Assembly (NCBI GenBank): GCA_964610875.1
Contig: CAZSWP010000003.1
Span: 80,113-144,112 of the forward strand
Origin: an uncultured archaeon
GTDB lineage: Archaea > Asgardarchaeota > Thorarchaeia > Thorarchaeales > Thorarchaeaceae
DNA length: 64,000 nt
Direction: 5' to 3'
Shown: in pieces, positions 51,265-61,324 of the stretch
How the letters are laid out: the number at the start of each line of letters is the position of its first letter
Position numbering within the stretch: the stretch's first letter is position 1
Position numbers and translations under genes: made by a program
The notes under the pieces: generated by a model
What the model saw: the letters and a program-made list of their open reading frames with translations, nothing else
Database searches by the model: none
What the model was told of the DNA's origin: nothing

Positions 51265-52815
51265 ATGGAGCGTCGACTAGAGGCAGTCTTACTAATTGTA
51301 TTAGTAGCAAGCGTCTTAGTGGTAGCAATATTCACTATTCCTATCCTACTTGTCAGACCTGCTCCACTCGCCAATGTATCAGGTGGATATCTAAGGATAC
51401 ATAACACTACGACATTCGAAGTGAGAACAATAGGACCAAACACTACTATCTCACTCTCATGGGATGAAGCATCGGGTTTTGGACACCTTTTCTTAGTAAT
51501 TTCAAACATCAATCCATCAAAGACCCAAATCGAATCCGATTGCTCTCCTGTCTTAATCAAAACATATCCATCAGCAATCAAACTAGAGATTTCAACGACG
51601 AATGTGAACGCATGGGTCAAAGTGATTCAACGAGTTGACCCTGATGTGAATTTCTATGTATTTGGAGACTCTCAGGGATATCAGGGTGGCATTGAACAAG
51701 TTGTTCGGGCTGCAGCACTACATAGTCCAGATTTTGTTTTTCATTGTGGTGATCTCACACCCTTTGGAGAGAAAAACCAGTATTTAGACACACTCTCTGC
51801 TCTTCGACCTCTCACTGTTCCTCTCTATACAACACCTGGCAATCATGATGTACGGTCGAACGGTTCACAAAACTATCTGTACTATTTTGGTCCTGATACC
51901 TACTCATTTGACTGGGGACCAGTACACATCACCTCCTTTAACACGTCAAAATATACCGTGACCGATTTGGAACTCGATTGGCTAGAGACCGATTTAGCAG
52001 AGTCCAACGCTGAATGGAAATTTGTGTTCACACACGTCCCAATAGCAGACCCTCGGACCGAAGAGAATCATACATTCTCTGTTGAACTAGCCGAAGAACT
52101 TGCATCAATATTTAGTAATACCAATGTGGATGTTGTCTTCTCCGGACACATTCACATGTTTGCCAACTTCTCTCTAGATAATGTTCAGTATATCATAACT
52201 GGTGGGGCTGGTATGGGACTGTACGCATCTGAGGAAGAAGGAGGTTTCTACCATTATGTCAATGTATCAGTATCAGGGAACGAACTAAAAATAAAAACGG
52301 CACCTCTTGAAACACCATCAATAGATAGGAATCAAGTAGTAATCAGGGGTGTTGATACCACGATCACTCTGAATATTGCTGACTTGTCCGAATTAAATAC
52401 CATCGAAGAATACTCATCATTTCAGAACCAATTTGGTAATTGGCGAGGTCAAGGGATATACCGAGGAGTGAGAATTCTTGACCTACTTGATTTGGTTGGT
52501 GGTCTGAATCCAGATGATACTATACGCGTGACAGCAATTGATGGTTTCTTTCAAGACTTCTGCTATTCCAATGTATATCCAAACATATCTTGGTATCAAT
52601 ATCAAGGGGACATGATTCTTGCATACATGTATAATGAAACCATTGTCCCTGAATGGGAGGACGGAATGAGAATTATTATGATTCCGGAGGATGGAGCTTA
52701 TAGTAACAATGACTGCGTTATGACATCTGCATCAGGGATGGGATGTTCTGTCTATATTTCTGGAGGGACAAGATGGATTCGTTATGTTGCAGAAATTGAG
52801 GTGATATCGGATTGA
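51265..52815 (+). CDS. Membrane-anchored metallophosphoesterase with C-terminal sulfite-oxidase-like (Oxidored_molyb) domain
   Basis: GDSQ, GDLT, PGNHD, FTHVP, SGHIH; C-terminal YRGV...V.AIDGF...WIRYVAEIEV. Confidence 0.85.
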   Translation: MERRLEAVLLIVLVASVLVVAIFTIPILLVRPAPLANVSGGYLRIHNTTTFEVRTIGPNTTISLSWDEASGFGHLFLVISNINPSKTQIESDCSPVLIKTYPSAIKLEISTTNVNAWVKVIQRVDPDVNFYVFGDSQGYQGGIEQVVRAAALHSPDFVFHCGDLTPFGEKNQYLDTLSALRPLTVPLYTTPGNHDVRSNGSQNYLYYFGPDTYSFDWGPVHITSFNTSKYTVTDLELDWLETDLAESNAEWKFVFTHVPIADPRTEENHTFSVELAEELASIFSNTNVDVVFSGHIHMFANFSLDNVQYIITGGAGMGLYASEEEGGFYHYVNVSVSGNELKIKTAPLETPSIDRNQVVIRGVDTTITLNIADLSELNTIEEYSSFQNQFGNWRGQGIYRGVRILDLLDLVGGLNPDDTIRVTAIDGFFQDFCYSNVYPNISWYQYQGDMILAYMYNETIVPEWEDGMRIIMIPEDGAYSNNDCVMTSASGMGCSVYISGGTRWIRYVAEIEVISD

Positions 52816-53879
52816 GTACACCCTCCCGAAAACCAATCAATACTCGGGATATCGTAACCCTTGCCATATTGAGCTCCCTTGGTGGAGCACTAAGTACCTT
52901 TGTTGGGTATCTTGGAAATCTAGTCAACCTTGCACTTGGTGTGCCTTTTGGTGCAGGTCAGTTCATGGCTGGACTCCATGTGTACTGGCTGGTACTAATC
53001 CGTGTTGCAGTTCCAAAAAAAGGTGCTGGAACATTTGGAGGTCTCCTGAAAGGCATGGTTGAGATGTTCACAGGCAGTACTCACGGCATTGTGATAGTAC
53101 TGATATCACTGGTTCAAGGGTTACTTATCGATATCTTTGCTATGATTGGTCAGACCCCAGAAGAAGGAAACACAGTATCACGTATCGTATGGTGGATTGG
53201 TGCAGGCATCTCATCAATATCCAACGTAATTATATTCCAGATAATCTATTTCTCTGGAGTTCCTTTCCTTTACATCTTTGTAATAATTGTCTTGGCGTTC
53301 TGTTCTGGTGTAATCTTTGCAGGATATTTTGCGTGGGAAACACTGGAGTTTCTGAACGAAACGCAGATGTTAGCGTACAATTTCTCTAGTATCAGAGAGA
53401 GTAGAACCACAAAAAGACGGGATATTCTCAGAAGGAATATCCCTGCTGTTATAATGGTTCTATTCCTTATCATTGGTTCTGCATTCTACTTTGTTTTTAT
53501 TGCTCAGGTCGGAGCTGATCCCTATAGTTGTCAAGTCACAGGACTTGTAGACAACCCCTATACCTTTCAACCAACACTCTTCGAAGATGAACGGGTAACA
53601 ATTGAAGCCGAACTGATAGGCGCATATACCCATCTCCCTCCGGCAAACTATACTGGTGTTCTAATGAGCACAATACTCGAATTAGCAGAACCAAAAGCTG
53701 AAGCAACTGGGCTAAGAGTGATTGCACGAGACGGATACACAATACCGTTCAATCTGACTTTAGTCATGAATGATGACCACTTCCTGCTCACTGAAACTAC
53801 TGATGGCCTCTGGCTTATTGCTGGTGAATATGATGGCTCCCAATGGGTACGCCAAGTTGTAACACTTGAGGTCTACTAG
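52812..53879 (+). CDS. ECF transporter S component fused to an extracytoplasmic Oxidored_molyb-like domain
   Basis: About 6 TM helices with PKKGAGTFGGLLKGMVEMFTG; C-terminal YTGV...VIARDGY...WVRQVVTLEV. Confidence 0.8.
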   Translation: MSTPSRKPINTRDIVTLAILSSLGGALSTFVGYLGNLVNLALGVPFGAGQFMAGLHVYWLVLIRVAVPKKGAGTFGGLLKGMVEMFTGSTHGIVIVLISLVQGLLIDIFAMIGQTPEEGNTVSRIVWWIGAGISSISNVIIFQIIYFSGVPFLYIFVIIVLAFCSGVIFAGYFAWETLEFLNETQMLAYNFSSIRESRTTKRRDILRRNIPAVIMVLFLIIGSAFYFVFIAQVGADPYSCQVTGLVDNPYTFQPTLFEDERVTIEAELIGAYTHLPPANYTGVLMSTILELAEPKAEATGLRVIARDGYTIPFNLTLVMNDDHFLLTETTDGLWLIAGEYDGSQWVRQVVTLEVY

Positions 53880-53891
53880 GGAGGAAATCAT

Positions 53892-55340
53892 GTGCTTGAA
53901 GTAAAAGACATTCACTTCTCTTACGATGGGCATACGCAGGTGCTCCATGGAATTGACCTCTCTGTTCCAAGAGGTGAAATTACCACCATAACCGGGCCCA
54001 CTGGCTCCGGCAAGTCAACTTTAGCAAAGATTCTCACAGGATTTATTCCAAGATCAATTCAAGGGGAACTATCTGGTACCATCCTGATAGACAATCAAGA
54101 CACAGAAAGCCTCACAATCTCACAGTATGCAAAGCGGGTTTCCCTAGTACAACAAGATGTTGAGAGCCAGTTATGCACTCTCCTTGTTTCAGACGAGATT
54201 GCCTTTGGTCCCGAAAACTATCAAGTTCCTCAGGATGAAATACTTGAACGTACCTCAAAGCATGCAAGAGATGTAGGTGTTGAACATCTACTTGGTCGAC
54301 CAACATATGCACTATCCGGAGGTGAAAAACAGCGGGTCGTCATTGCATCAATGCTTGCTTGTCAATCTGAATACATGATATTGGACGAACCAACCTCTAG
54401 TCTAGATCCCAACGGCATCAAATTACTCCTGGATGTCTTATGCGAACTCAAGAAAAATGGTATTGGGATTATCTGTATTGAGCACAGGTTGGATGGCATA
54501 ACAAAAATCGCTGATCAAGTCTTGCGACTGAGTGATGGTAGGCTTGAGAAATATCTTGTGAACCCTCAGAAAATTGAGAAAATTACACAAAACCATACAA
54601 ATTATGAATATGGTGCCGAGATTTTGGTTGGAAATGAACTTACTTTTGCATATGACGACCAAGAGGTCATCACAGATCTCGATATCGCTTTGCATGAGGG
54701 TGAAATTGTATTCATAATGGGGCAAAATGGTTCTGGAAAATCTACTTTGTTGGGATTACTTAGTGGTCTTCTCAGTCCAAAAACAGGGTCTGTCCTCCTT
54801 GGTGGGAAGAAACTGACTCAGCTCTCAAGAAAAGATATTGCTTCCCGTATTGCTGTAGTCTTTCAGAATCCAAACTATCAGATTTTTGAGAGAACTGTCT
54901 GGAAGGAACAAATACTCACCCTAGATCTTCTTGATCAATTGAACGACGAAACGACAACGCGTTCCATAGAGGAACTAGAAACCGCCAATCTCCTAGAACT
55001 TCGCGAGAGAAACCCGTTTACCCTCAGTCATGGACAAAAGCGACGACTTAATGTGACATCAACTACGGTACACAGACCTAACATCTTACTATTGGATGAA
55101 CCATTTATTGGTCAAGATACACATGGAAGAAGGCTAATACTTCAAAAAGTACTTGAAAATGCTGAAGCTGGTGGAACCTCTGTTGTAGTGACTCATGATA
55201 TTGGCTTTGCCATGACTTATGCTAATAGACTACTTTTCATACAGGATGGACGTATTCTCCTTGACGGGCATCCAAAAGTTGTGCTTGAGCGTCTGCAATC
55301 AATGAAATATATGGACCAGTCGTGGAGTGTGGAGGGATAA
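53892..55340 (+). CDS. ECF transporter fused ATPase (A-A')
   Basis: Two ABC domains: GPTGSGKST/LSGGEKQR/LDEP and GQNGSGKST/LSHGQKRR/LDEP. Confidence 0.92.
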   Translation: MLEVKDIHFSYDGHTQVLHGIDLSVPRGEITTITGPTGSGKSTLAKILTGFIPRSIQGELSGTILIDNQDTESLTISQYAKRVSLVQQDVESQLCTLLVSDEIAFGPENYQVPQDEILERTSKHARDVGVEHLLGRPTYALSGGEKQRVVIASMLACQSEYMILDEPTSSLDPNGIKLLLDVLCELKKNGIGIICIEHRLDGITKIADQVLRLSDGRLEKYLVNPQKIEKITQNHTNYEYGAEILVGNELTFAYDDQEVITDLDIALHEGEIVFIMGQNGSGKSTLLGLLSGLLSPKTGSVLLGGKKLTQLSRKDIASRIAVVFQNPNYQIFERTVWKEQILTLDLLDQLNDETTTRSIEELETANLLELRERNPFTLSHGQKRRLNVTSTTVHRPNILLLDEPFIGQDTHGRRLILQKVLENAEAGGTSVVVTHDIGFAMTYANRLLFIQDGRILLDGHPKVVLERLQSMKYMDQSWSVEG

Positions 55341-55343
55341 TGT

Positions 55344-56144
55344 TTGTCTAGACAGCTTGGTTACACTCCTAGGAATACCTTCATTCACAGGATTAATCCT
55401 CTATTGAAGTTCTTTCTGTTAATTCTCACACTGATTCTAGTCATCATTATTCCCTACTGGTTCTTTGCTCTTGTTCTTCTCTCTCTCACACTACTATTCT
55501 TCTATCTGGCTGATATTCCCTTCACAGTACGTGTGGGAAGAACAAAGTTCCTCTTATTCTTCTCCTTCCTTCTTCTTATTGTACAAATTCTTGTGACCAC
55601 AAATGGATCTATCTTCCTCTTCATCATTCCAAGATTTGGAGAAGTTGGCCCCGCCATTCCGGTTACCGATTACGGTATAGAAAGAGGTCTATCAATGTCA
55701 ATCAGATTCCTTTTGATAGTATTCGCCAGTATGTTATTTGTGTCCGTGACTGATCCCACTTTACTTGCGCACTCTTTAACAAAACTGAAAACACCATATC
55801 AATATGCCTTCGCACTGATAATTGCACTACGTTTCCTACCTCTTTTCGACTTTGAGAACAAAAAAGTACAGATGGCACAACAATCTCGTGGACTATCTGT
55901 TGAAATCGGGGGAATACGAAAACTGGTACGAACTATTCGCTACACATTCTTTCCACTTCTTGTATCTGCCTTATCGCGAGTGGAAACTCTATCCTTGTCA
56001 ATGGATGGCCGTGGATTCGGGTATGACCCCCATCGAACATATCTCCGTGAATCAGAATGGCAAAAATCAGATTCAATTATCCTATTTTCCATCATTTTTT
56101 TGATCATCTCGTATTTTTTGATAGGTTTCTATATGACATTATGA
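55344..56144 (+). CDS. ECF transporter T component
   Basis: IHRINPLLK, IALRFLP, AQQSRG and SMDGRG Arg motifs. Confidence 0.92.
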   Translation: MSRQLGYTPRNTFIHRINPLLKFFLLILTLILVIIIPYWFFALVLLSLTLLFFYLADIPFTVRVGRTKFLLFFSFLLLIVQILVTTNGSIFLFIIPRFGEVGPAIPVTDYGIERGLSMSIRFLLIVFASMLFVSVTDPTLLAHSLTKLKTPYQYAFALIIALRFLPLFDFENKKVQMAQQSRGLSVEIGGIRKLVRTIRYTFFPLLVSALSRVETLSLSMDGRGFGYDPHRTYLRESEWQKSDSIILFSIIFLIISYFLIGFYMTL

Positions 56145-56165
56145 TAAGTCATTAATTCATCCTTG

Positions 56166-56907
56166 TCATCTCAAAGATTTCTGCATGAAATATCCCGGTA
56201 CTTTGAAACCAAATTTCTTACAATCATCTAGTGAAATCTCATCAAGTGTATGAAGAAGAATGTAAATCCTTGAATAATCATGATTTTTACCCATTTTTCT
56301 GCACTTTTGAATAAAATTTGTCCAATCTTGTCAGATGTATACTCCTGCTTGACAGAAAAATCGTAAATCATGGCAATCATATCATTGAAGTATGCTTTCC
56401 CTATCCAGACATATCCTGCAATTGCACCATCTTTTGTTCGTATTTTCAGACATTGATGGTCATCATCATTTTTGTAACGAGAGAGATATTCTTGATATTT
56501 ATCCTGTATCTCTTTATCAGATATATTTTGAGTAGACCTAACAATTTTTGCAAACTTCTTGATACCAATTTCAAATGCATCATCAAGCGATTCCATCTCA
56601 AGGACCATATCTTGTGATAATTCCACATGATGCGCATTTGGTTCTTTTGAGATTAGGATAGTGTTTACTTCGTATCCACTCGATTCGTAGAAATGTATAG
56701 CTGGTTCATTATGAGAATGAACAAAAAGTCCCATAGAATCTCTCAAATTTGCTGCAAATTCTTCAGCTTTTTGAAGTAAAATTCTTCCAAGTCCCTGTTT
56801 TCGAAAATTCGGATGAACAATTTATGTCAAAATTCAGGAGGAATTGCATCACAATCGAAGGCCTTCAGTAAATCTCGACGTTTTTTGATTTCCTTTTCAT
56901 AGTTCAT
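56166..56907 (-). pseudogene. Frameshifted tandem-GNAT acetyltransferase
   Basis: VHPNFRKQGLGRILLQKAEE lies upstream of the 56228-56746 ORF; the C-terminus (SRIYILLH...KFGFKVPGYFMQKSLR*) is in another frame. Could also be sequencing error. Confidence 0.65.
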
Positions 56908-57057
56908 TATCGTCACCTTTGGGGTCTATAACCGAAGACCAACCTCTATCAACTGTACATTTCTACAGTACGTAATATAAACCGATTGAATCGAGCAGTG
57001 AGATTTCAAATAACATTTTATTGAAGGAACTCTTGAATAGGGGACTAGGTATTCATA

Positions 57058-57903
57058 TTGAAAGTAGACAAAAAACACGCTATACTTGGGATCATCATCA
57101 TAGGGATTGTAGTGACCGGTACCAGCCTTGGTATTTTCCTACTCTCTCCAGAACCTGTAGAATCAAAACTCTTTATTGCAATCCACTGTGAACCCGGAAC
57201 TCTTCCTCAAAGTGTAGATTACCCAGAACAATACTGGTTGGATCTCCGAGCTATGATAATCGAAGCTGATATTCATGACATAAAGCTCACCCTGCTGTTC
57301 AATCCACAATGGGCAACTTACATCCTGAATGACACTAACCGTCTTACGATGGTCAGGAACTGGGATGCAAATGGTCATGAGATAGGACTCCATCATCATG
57401 GTGCTCATATGAACAACTGGAATGGCTATACCAATCAAGCAGACTACCAGACTGGTCCAAAGTATCTTGGTACTATCAGTGACATGATGACTCTAATGAA
57501 TCAACTTCCTGCATCAGGACAAATCAATACAGCCTGTGTTGCTACTGATGAAGACATCGATTACGATTTCCCACTAGATGTGCCATTCCGAACATTTGGT
57601 GGCTCTGATAAATTGGGCCATCTGTGGAGTACTCCTGAAACCAGTACATATAATGAACAGACAGTCCTTGGTGTTTCCCATGCCCGTTTTGCGGACATAT
57701 TATCAGAAGTAAACATAGATCTGGACGAATTCAAAGGATTGGTTGTTCAAAATCAGGAAGAAGTGATGGGTCTTGTCTGGCATGTGTTCAACTATGCTGA
57801 TAATCCCAGTGCATTCATCTCATTATTCGAATATCTGGATGACGAAGGAATTGACACTTGGACTGTTTCAGAGATAATGGAGTCCTACTCTGCCACTGAG
57901 TAA
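57058..57903 (+). CDS. Membrane-anchored NodB/polysaccharide-deacetylase-like protein
   Basis: N-terminal TM; FIAIHCEP, IKLTLLF, GHEIGLHHH, LVWH. Confidence 0.7.
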   Translation: MKVDKKHAILGIIIIGIVVTGTSLGIFLLSPEPVESKLFIAIHCEPGTLPQSVDYPEQYWLDLRAMIIEADIHDIKLTLLFNPQWATYILNDTNRLTMVRNWDANGHEIGLHHHGAHMNNWNGYTNQADYQTGPKYLGTISDMMTLMNQLPASGQINTACVATDEDIDYDFPLDVPFRTFGGSDKLGHLWSTPETSTYNEQTVLGVSHARFADILSEVNIDLDEFKGLVVQNQEEVMGLVWHVFNYADNPSAFISLFEYLDDEGIDTWTVSEIMESYSATE

Positions 57904-58081
57904 TGACTTATGGACAACCATCCACGAAGATGTGGCGAATTCTATAGTCAATTCAAAATCTGTTAGACGAAAAATTTAGTTAAAACGCCTTAAGTAACTA
58001 CAATCCAACAACCGTTGATACGTTCCATTCTTGCACTTCTCTCTGGAAGGGATCCTAGCACGCTGTCCGAGGATGAGCTGA

Positions 58082-58507
58082 GGGCATTCAGAGGAGTTTC
58101 ATAGATACGATACATATGGAAATCGTTGCAATGCAGATAAAAATGGATCAATAATCATCGCTGGACGCCTTATTACGCTCACAAAGTCATTACACTCTGT
58201 GAGAGGACTAGGTAAGTGGGCTCAAGCAGTAGCAAAAGGCTCACGACCAAAAACCCGAGGGAAGCGTTCTCGAAGGAAGTCCTTACTCTCCAAGAAAGAA
58301 TCAATGTCAAGTTCTGGAGAGTCCGCGGCTGTTCACTCTGCTCAAACGAGACTTGTTGATTTTGGTGACGAAATCAAGATGTGTGATAATGACCCCGCCG
58401 TGGAAAAAACTGTAGAAAATCTTTCTGACGTTGGTAGTGATGCACCAACAAAAGGTCAGGAGAAAGAAGCTCCGTCTATTGGAGGGATTGTATCCCAATG
58501 GTATTAG
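58082..58507 (+). pseudogene. 3' remnant of a TnpB/Cas12f-like (IS200/IS605 OrfB) nuclease gene
   Basis: Frame is open from 58082 without a start codon: YGNRCNADKNGSIIIAGR resembles the RuvC-III motif (N/D)ADxNAxxNIA, followed by a low-complexity tail. Confidence 0.5.
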
Positions 58508-58522
58508 ACAAAGTTCCTTCAG

Positions 58523-58657
58523 ACCGTTCATTGTACTCTAGACAATTCTGGACACCAGAGCATTGTCCTCCCAAGAACGGTACTGGGAATGGCTCTGTGA
58601 GGTCATGGTACGTGTCAGGTTGACCTCAGTATTCTTGTACCTTGTCTGAGTATATAA
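58523..58657 (-). ncRNA. 135-bp TATA + structured RNA unit, copy 1
   Basis: TTATATA at 58657-58651, three hairpins, 3' ACAATGAACGGT; homologous to 60382-60516 and 63783-63917. Confidence 0.6.
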
Positions 58658-58889
58658 CCCCCTCCTGAAACATGTCTAGGATTTTTGGAGCTGCTAGCAA
58701 CCCAATTATTTTCGAATCGTTGGGAGTGGTAACACTTGAAGGAGAAGGGTGGAATACAGAAGTCTTACTGTTGAGGTTCACTCACATTCTAAGATAGGTC
58801 AGCAATGGACTGTAGCCATCATAAAAGTCGTGAAATATTAGCTACATTAGCAATCCTTTTATTCTGTTACAGTTGAAAAAGGCCAGCCG

Positions 58890-59025
58890 CGGAGCGTAGC
58901 TCAATCTGGCAGACTGAATCGCAATGCGATTCAGGCCATCAGCAATGGACTGTAGAGAGCTGCCAATTCGGATGGCATTCACAGCTATCCATCGGTTGCC
59001 GGTTCAAATCCGGCCGCTCCGACCA
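58890..59025 (+). tRNA. tRNA-Tyr(GTA) with two introns (22/23: 58913-58940; 37/38: 58956-58986)
   Basis: C1-G72 acceptor CGGAGCG/CGCTCCG-A-CCA; ATGGA-ctGTAg^a-TCCAT; clean BHB TGGC/GCCA at the D-arm intron. Confidence 0.92.
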
Positions 59026-59131
59026 TCTTCTTTTCCTCTTATTACCTTCACCACAGGAGTCCTTCTCAATAAGTAAGATGGTATCCGTTTGGAAACCCGT
59101 CAATATATAAACACATAAACCATAGTTAATA

Positions 59132-60334
59132 ATGGTAATGATAATGAAACCTGTTGAAGTTGTGAAAGATGTCTACTGGGTTGGAGCACTTGATTATAAT
59201 GTTCGTAATTTTCATGGATATAGCTACACTACGCATCATGGAACGACCTACAATGCTTATCTGGTAATTGATGAAAAAATAGCACTTGTAGATGCGGTGC
59301 ACGGTCCTTTCTCTGAGGAGATGTTTGCACGTATCTCAGAAATTATTGACCCCGCAAAGATTGACTTTATGATATCCAATCACACTGAGATGGACCACTC
59401 TGGAGCAATACCTGATGTACTGAAACGTGTTCCCAATGCCAAGCTTGTATGTACTGAAAGGGCAGTTGATGCACTGAAGAAGCACTATCCTGATGGTTGG
59501 GACACCCAGACAGTGAAGACTGGTGATGAGATCTCTCTTGGTAAGAAGACCTTACGGTTCTATGAGGCTCCCATGCTCCACTGGCCTGAGAGTATGTTCA
59601 CCTATTATGTTGAAGAAGAGGTCTTGCTACCCAATGATGCATTTGGACAACACTATGCTACGGAGGAACGCTTTGCAGATGAAGTTGACCAGTATGTCCT
59701 ATGGCGTGAGGCTGAGAAGTACTATGCTAACATCCTTTGGCCACTCAGTCGTATGGTCAAGCGGAAAATAGAGGAAGTACTTGAGCTCGGTCTGCCCATC
59801 AAGATAATCGCTCCTTCTCACGGCTTAATCTGGAGAGAAGACCCTCTTGAGATTGTGAAGAGATACCTGGGCTGGGCAAAGGGAGAACGGACAAATGACA
59901 AGGTGTTGATCGTTTGGGACACAATGTGGGAGAGTACTACAAAACTTGCTCGTGCAATGGCTGAAGGTGTCAAAGCTGCCGGATTGAGACCGCAGCTCAG
60001 GCTGATACCACACAGTGATCGCAGTGATATTATGGGTGAATTACTTGAAGCCCGAGGGATTCTCGTTGGAAGTCCTACTCTTCACAATGATATCCTCCCA
60101 ACCGTGGCACCAGTCCTCTCCGACTTGGAAGTGCTAAAACCTGCAGGGAAGAAGACCGCAGCTTTTGGTTCATACGGATGGGGTGGCGGCTCTGTGAAAA
60201 AGATTCAAGAGGCAATGAAACAGGGTAAGATGGACATAGTCATGGAACCGTTCACTGTGAAGTGGGTCCCAGATACTGATGAACTCGAAGAAGCATTTGA
60301 GTTCGGGAAGAGCTTTGCTGAGAAACTCAACTAA
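59132..60334 (+). CDS. fprA: Flavodiiron protein (FprA/A-type flavoprotein)
   Basis: GTTYNAYL, NHTEMDHSG, PMLHWPESM, DAFGQH, PSHG, flavodoxin domain TMWESTT and FGSYGWGGG. Confidence 0.95.
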   Translation: MVMIMKPVEVVKDVYWVGALDYNVRNFHGYSYTTHHGTTYNAYLVIDEKIALVDAVHGPFSEEMFARISEIIDPAKIDFMISNHTEMDHSGAIPDVLKRVPNAKLVCTERAVDALKKHYPDGWDTQTVKTGDEISLGKKTLRFYEAPMLHWPESMFTYYVEEEVLLPNDAFGQHYATEERFADEVDQYVLWREAEKYYANILWPLSRMVKRKIEEVLELGLPIKIIAPSHGLIWREDPLEIVKRYLGWAKGERTNDKVLIVWDTMWESTTKLARAMAEGVKAAGLRPQLRLIPHSDRSDIMGELLEARGILVGSPTLHNDILPTVAPVLSDLEVLKPAGKKTAAFGSYGWGGGSVKKIQEAMKQGKMDIVMEPFTVKWVPDTDELEEAFEFGKSFAEKLN

Positions 60335-60344
60335 ACATGGAGTT

Positions 60345-60378
60345 GAGTAGCAGTGCCTGTTTTTGAGGCACACTACTC
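60345..60378. terminator. Hairpin downstream of fprA
   Basis: GAGTAGcaGTGCCT-gtttttg-AGGCACaCTACTC imperfect inverted repeat. Confidence 0.4.
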
Positions 60379-60381
60379 TAC

Positions 60382-60516
60382 ACCGTTCATTGTAAGCTGG
60401 ACAAATCTGGACACCGGAGTCTTGTCCTTCCAGAAACGGCACTGGAACGTCACTCCATGGGGTCAGCACAGCGATGTCAGTTGACCTATGAACTAATTAT
60501 GTCCTGAAGCATATAA
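60382..60516 (-). ncRNA. 135-bp TATA + structured RNA unit, copy 2
   Basis: TTATATG at 60516-60510; same three stems with compensatory changes. Confidence 0.6.
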
Positions 60517-60547
60517 GCTCCTGTCAAAAAATTCCAAGTCCATCTAG

Positions 60548-60850
60548 AATTTTCGTAGATACAACCACCCTCGCTGTGTCAGTAGGCTCAAGGGGAACGA
60601 TACCAAGCTCCAAAGACGGATTGATAGAGCCCTAGACCAACTTCGAGCTGATGCCTATGCTGGTGTATTGGTGAAGAGCAGTCGTTGGCCGAGTGAGTAT
60701 AGAGAGCTTGACAACCTGTATGTGTTCAAAATCGACAAGCGGCACAGACTGTTGTACTCAGTTGTCAAAAAGAATGGGCGACGCTTTGTCTTGATACACG
60801 ACTTTCTGAAACATGATGAATATGACAGGCTCTTCGGATACCACACCTAG
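60548..60850 (+). pseudogene. 5'-truncated RelE-like toxin homolog
   Basis: Open frame from 60548 with no start until TTG 60668: LQRRIDRALDQLRADAYAG...NLYVFKIDKRHRLLYSV...IHDFLKHDEYDRLFGY. Confidence 0.55.
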
Positions 60851-61104
60851 AGAGGTTCGTAGGTGTCGAGGATCGCTCTCACTCTGTCACTATCACTGTT
60901 GACCACAACGAATCTTCCATCCACTTCCTCGATGATGTCCTGATCAACTAACTGTCCCAGAATGATGTCAAGGGTTTCTTGTTCCATGCCTTCTAGTTTG
61001 GAGAGGAGTTCGGCTCTGATAGGTGGTTCATCGAACTCTAAAATGACGCTGACTACCTGTTTCAAGTCTACTGAGATAGGAGTTTCAACGTTTCTCATAT
61101 TCAT
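60847..61104 (-). CDS. Small acidic winged-helix-like protein
   Basis: PIRAELLSKL.GMEQETLDIILGQLVDQDIIEEVDGRF wHTH pattern. Confidence 0.6.
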   Translation of the reverse strand: MNMRNVETPISVDLKQVVSVILEFDEPPIRAELLSKLEGMEQETLDIILGQLVDQDIIEEVDGRFVVVNSDSDRVRAILDTYEPL

Positions 61105-61324
61105 ATTTCCTAAAAATTGGCCAATGTGTTTGCCAAGAGCTATTGCTTCTATTCTTGTGTCCTGTCTTTTGTATATAAAACATGAGAAAATTCAACACAT
61201 CGTTCAAATTCGGCCATCTTTTTCATACCATCCAACTCTTTCTGAAAATCTACAGACTTATATGCGCCGCTAAAGAATAATGATCCAGTACGGTTTTCTC
61301 GAACCGTAGGGGGAATGTAACAAA

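Noticed and set aside
60548-61104. Intact type II toxin-antitoxin operon
   Set aside because: The genes are convergent and the RelE-like frame lacks a start for its N-terminal part; recorded as a remnant.
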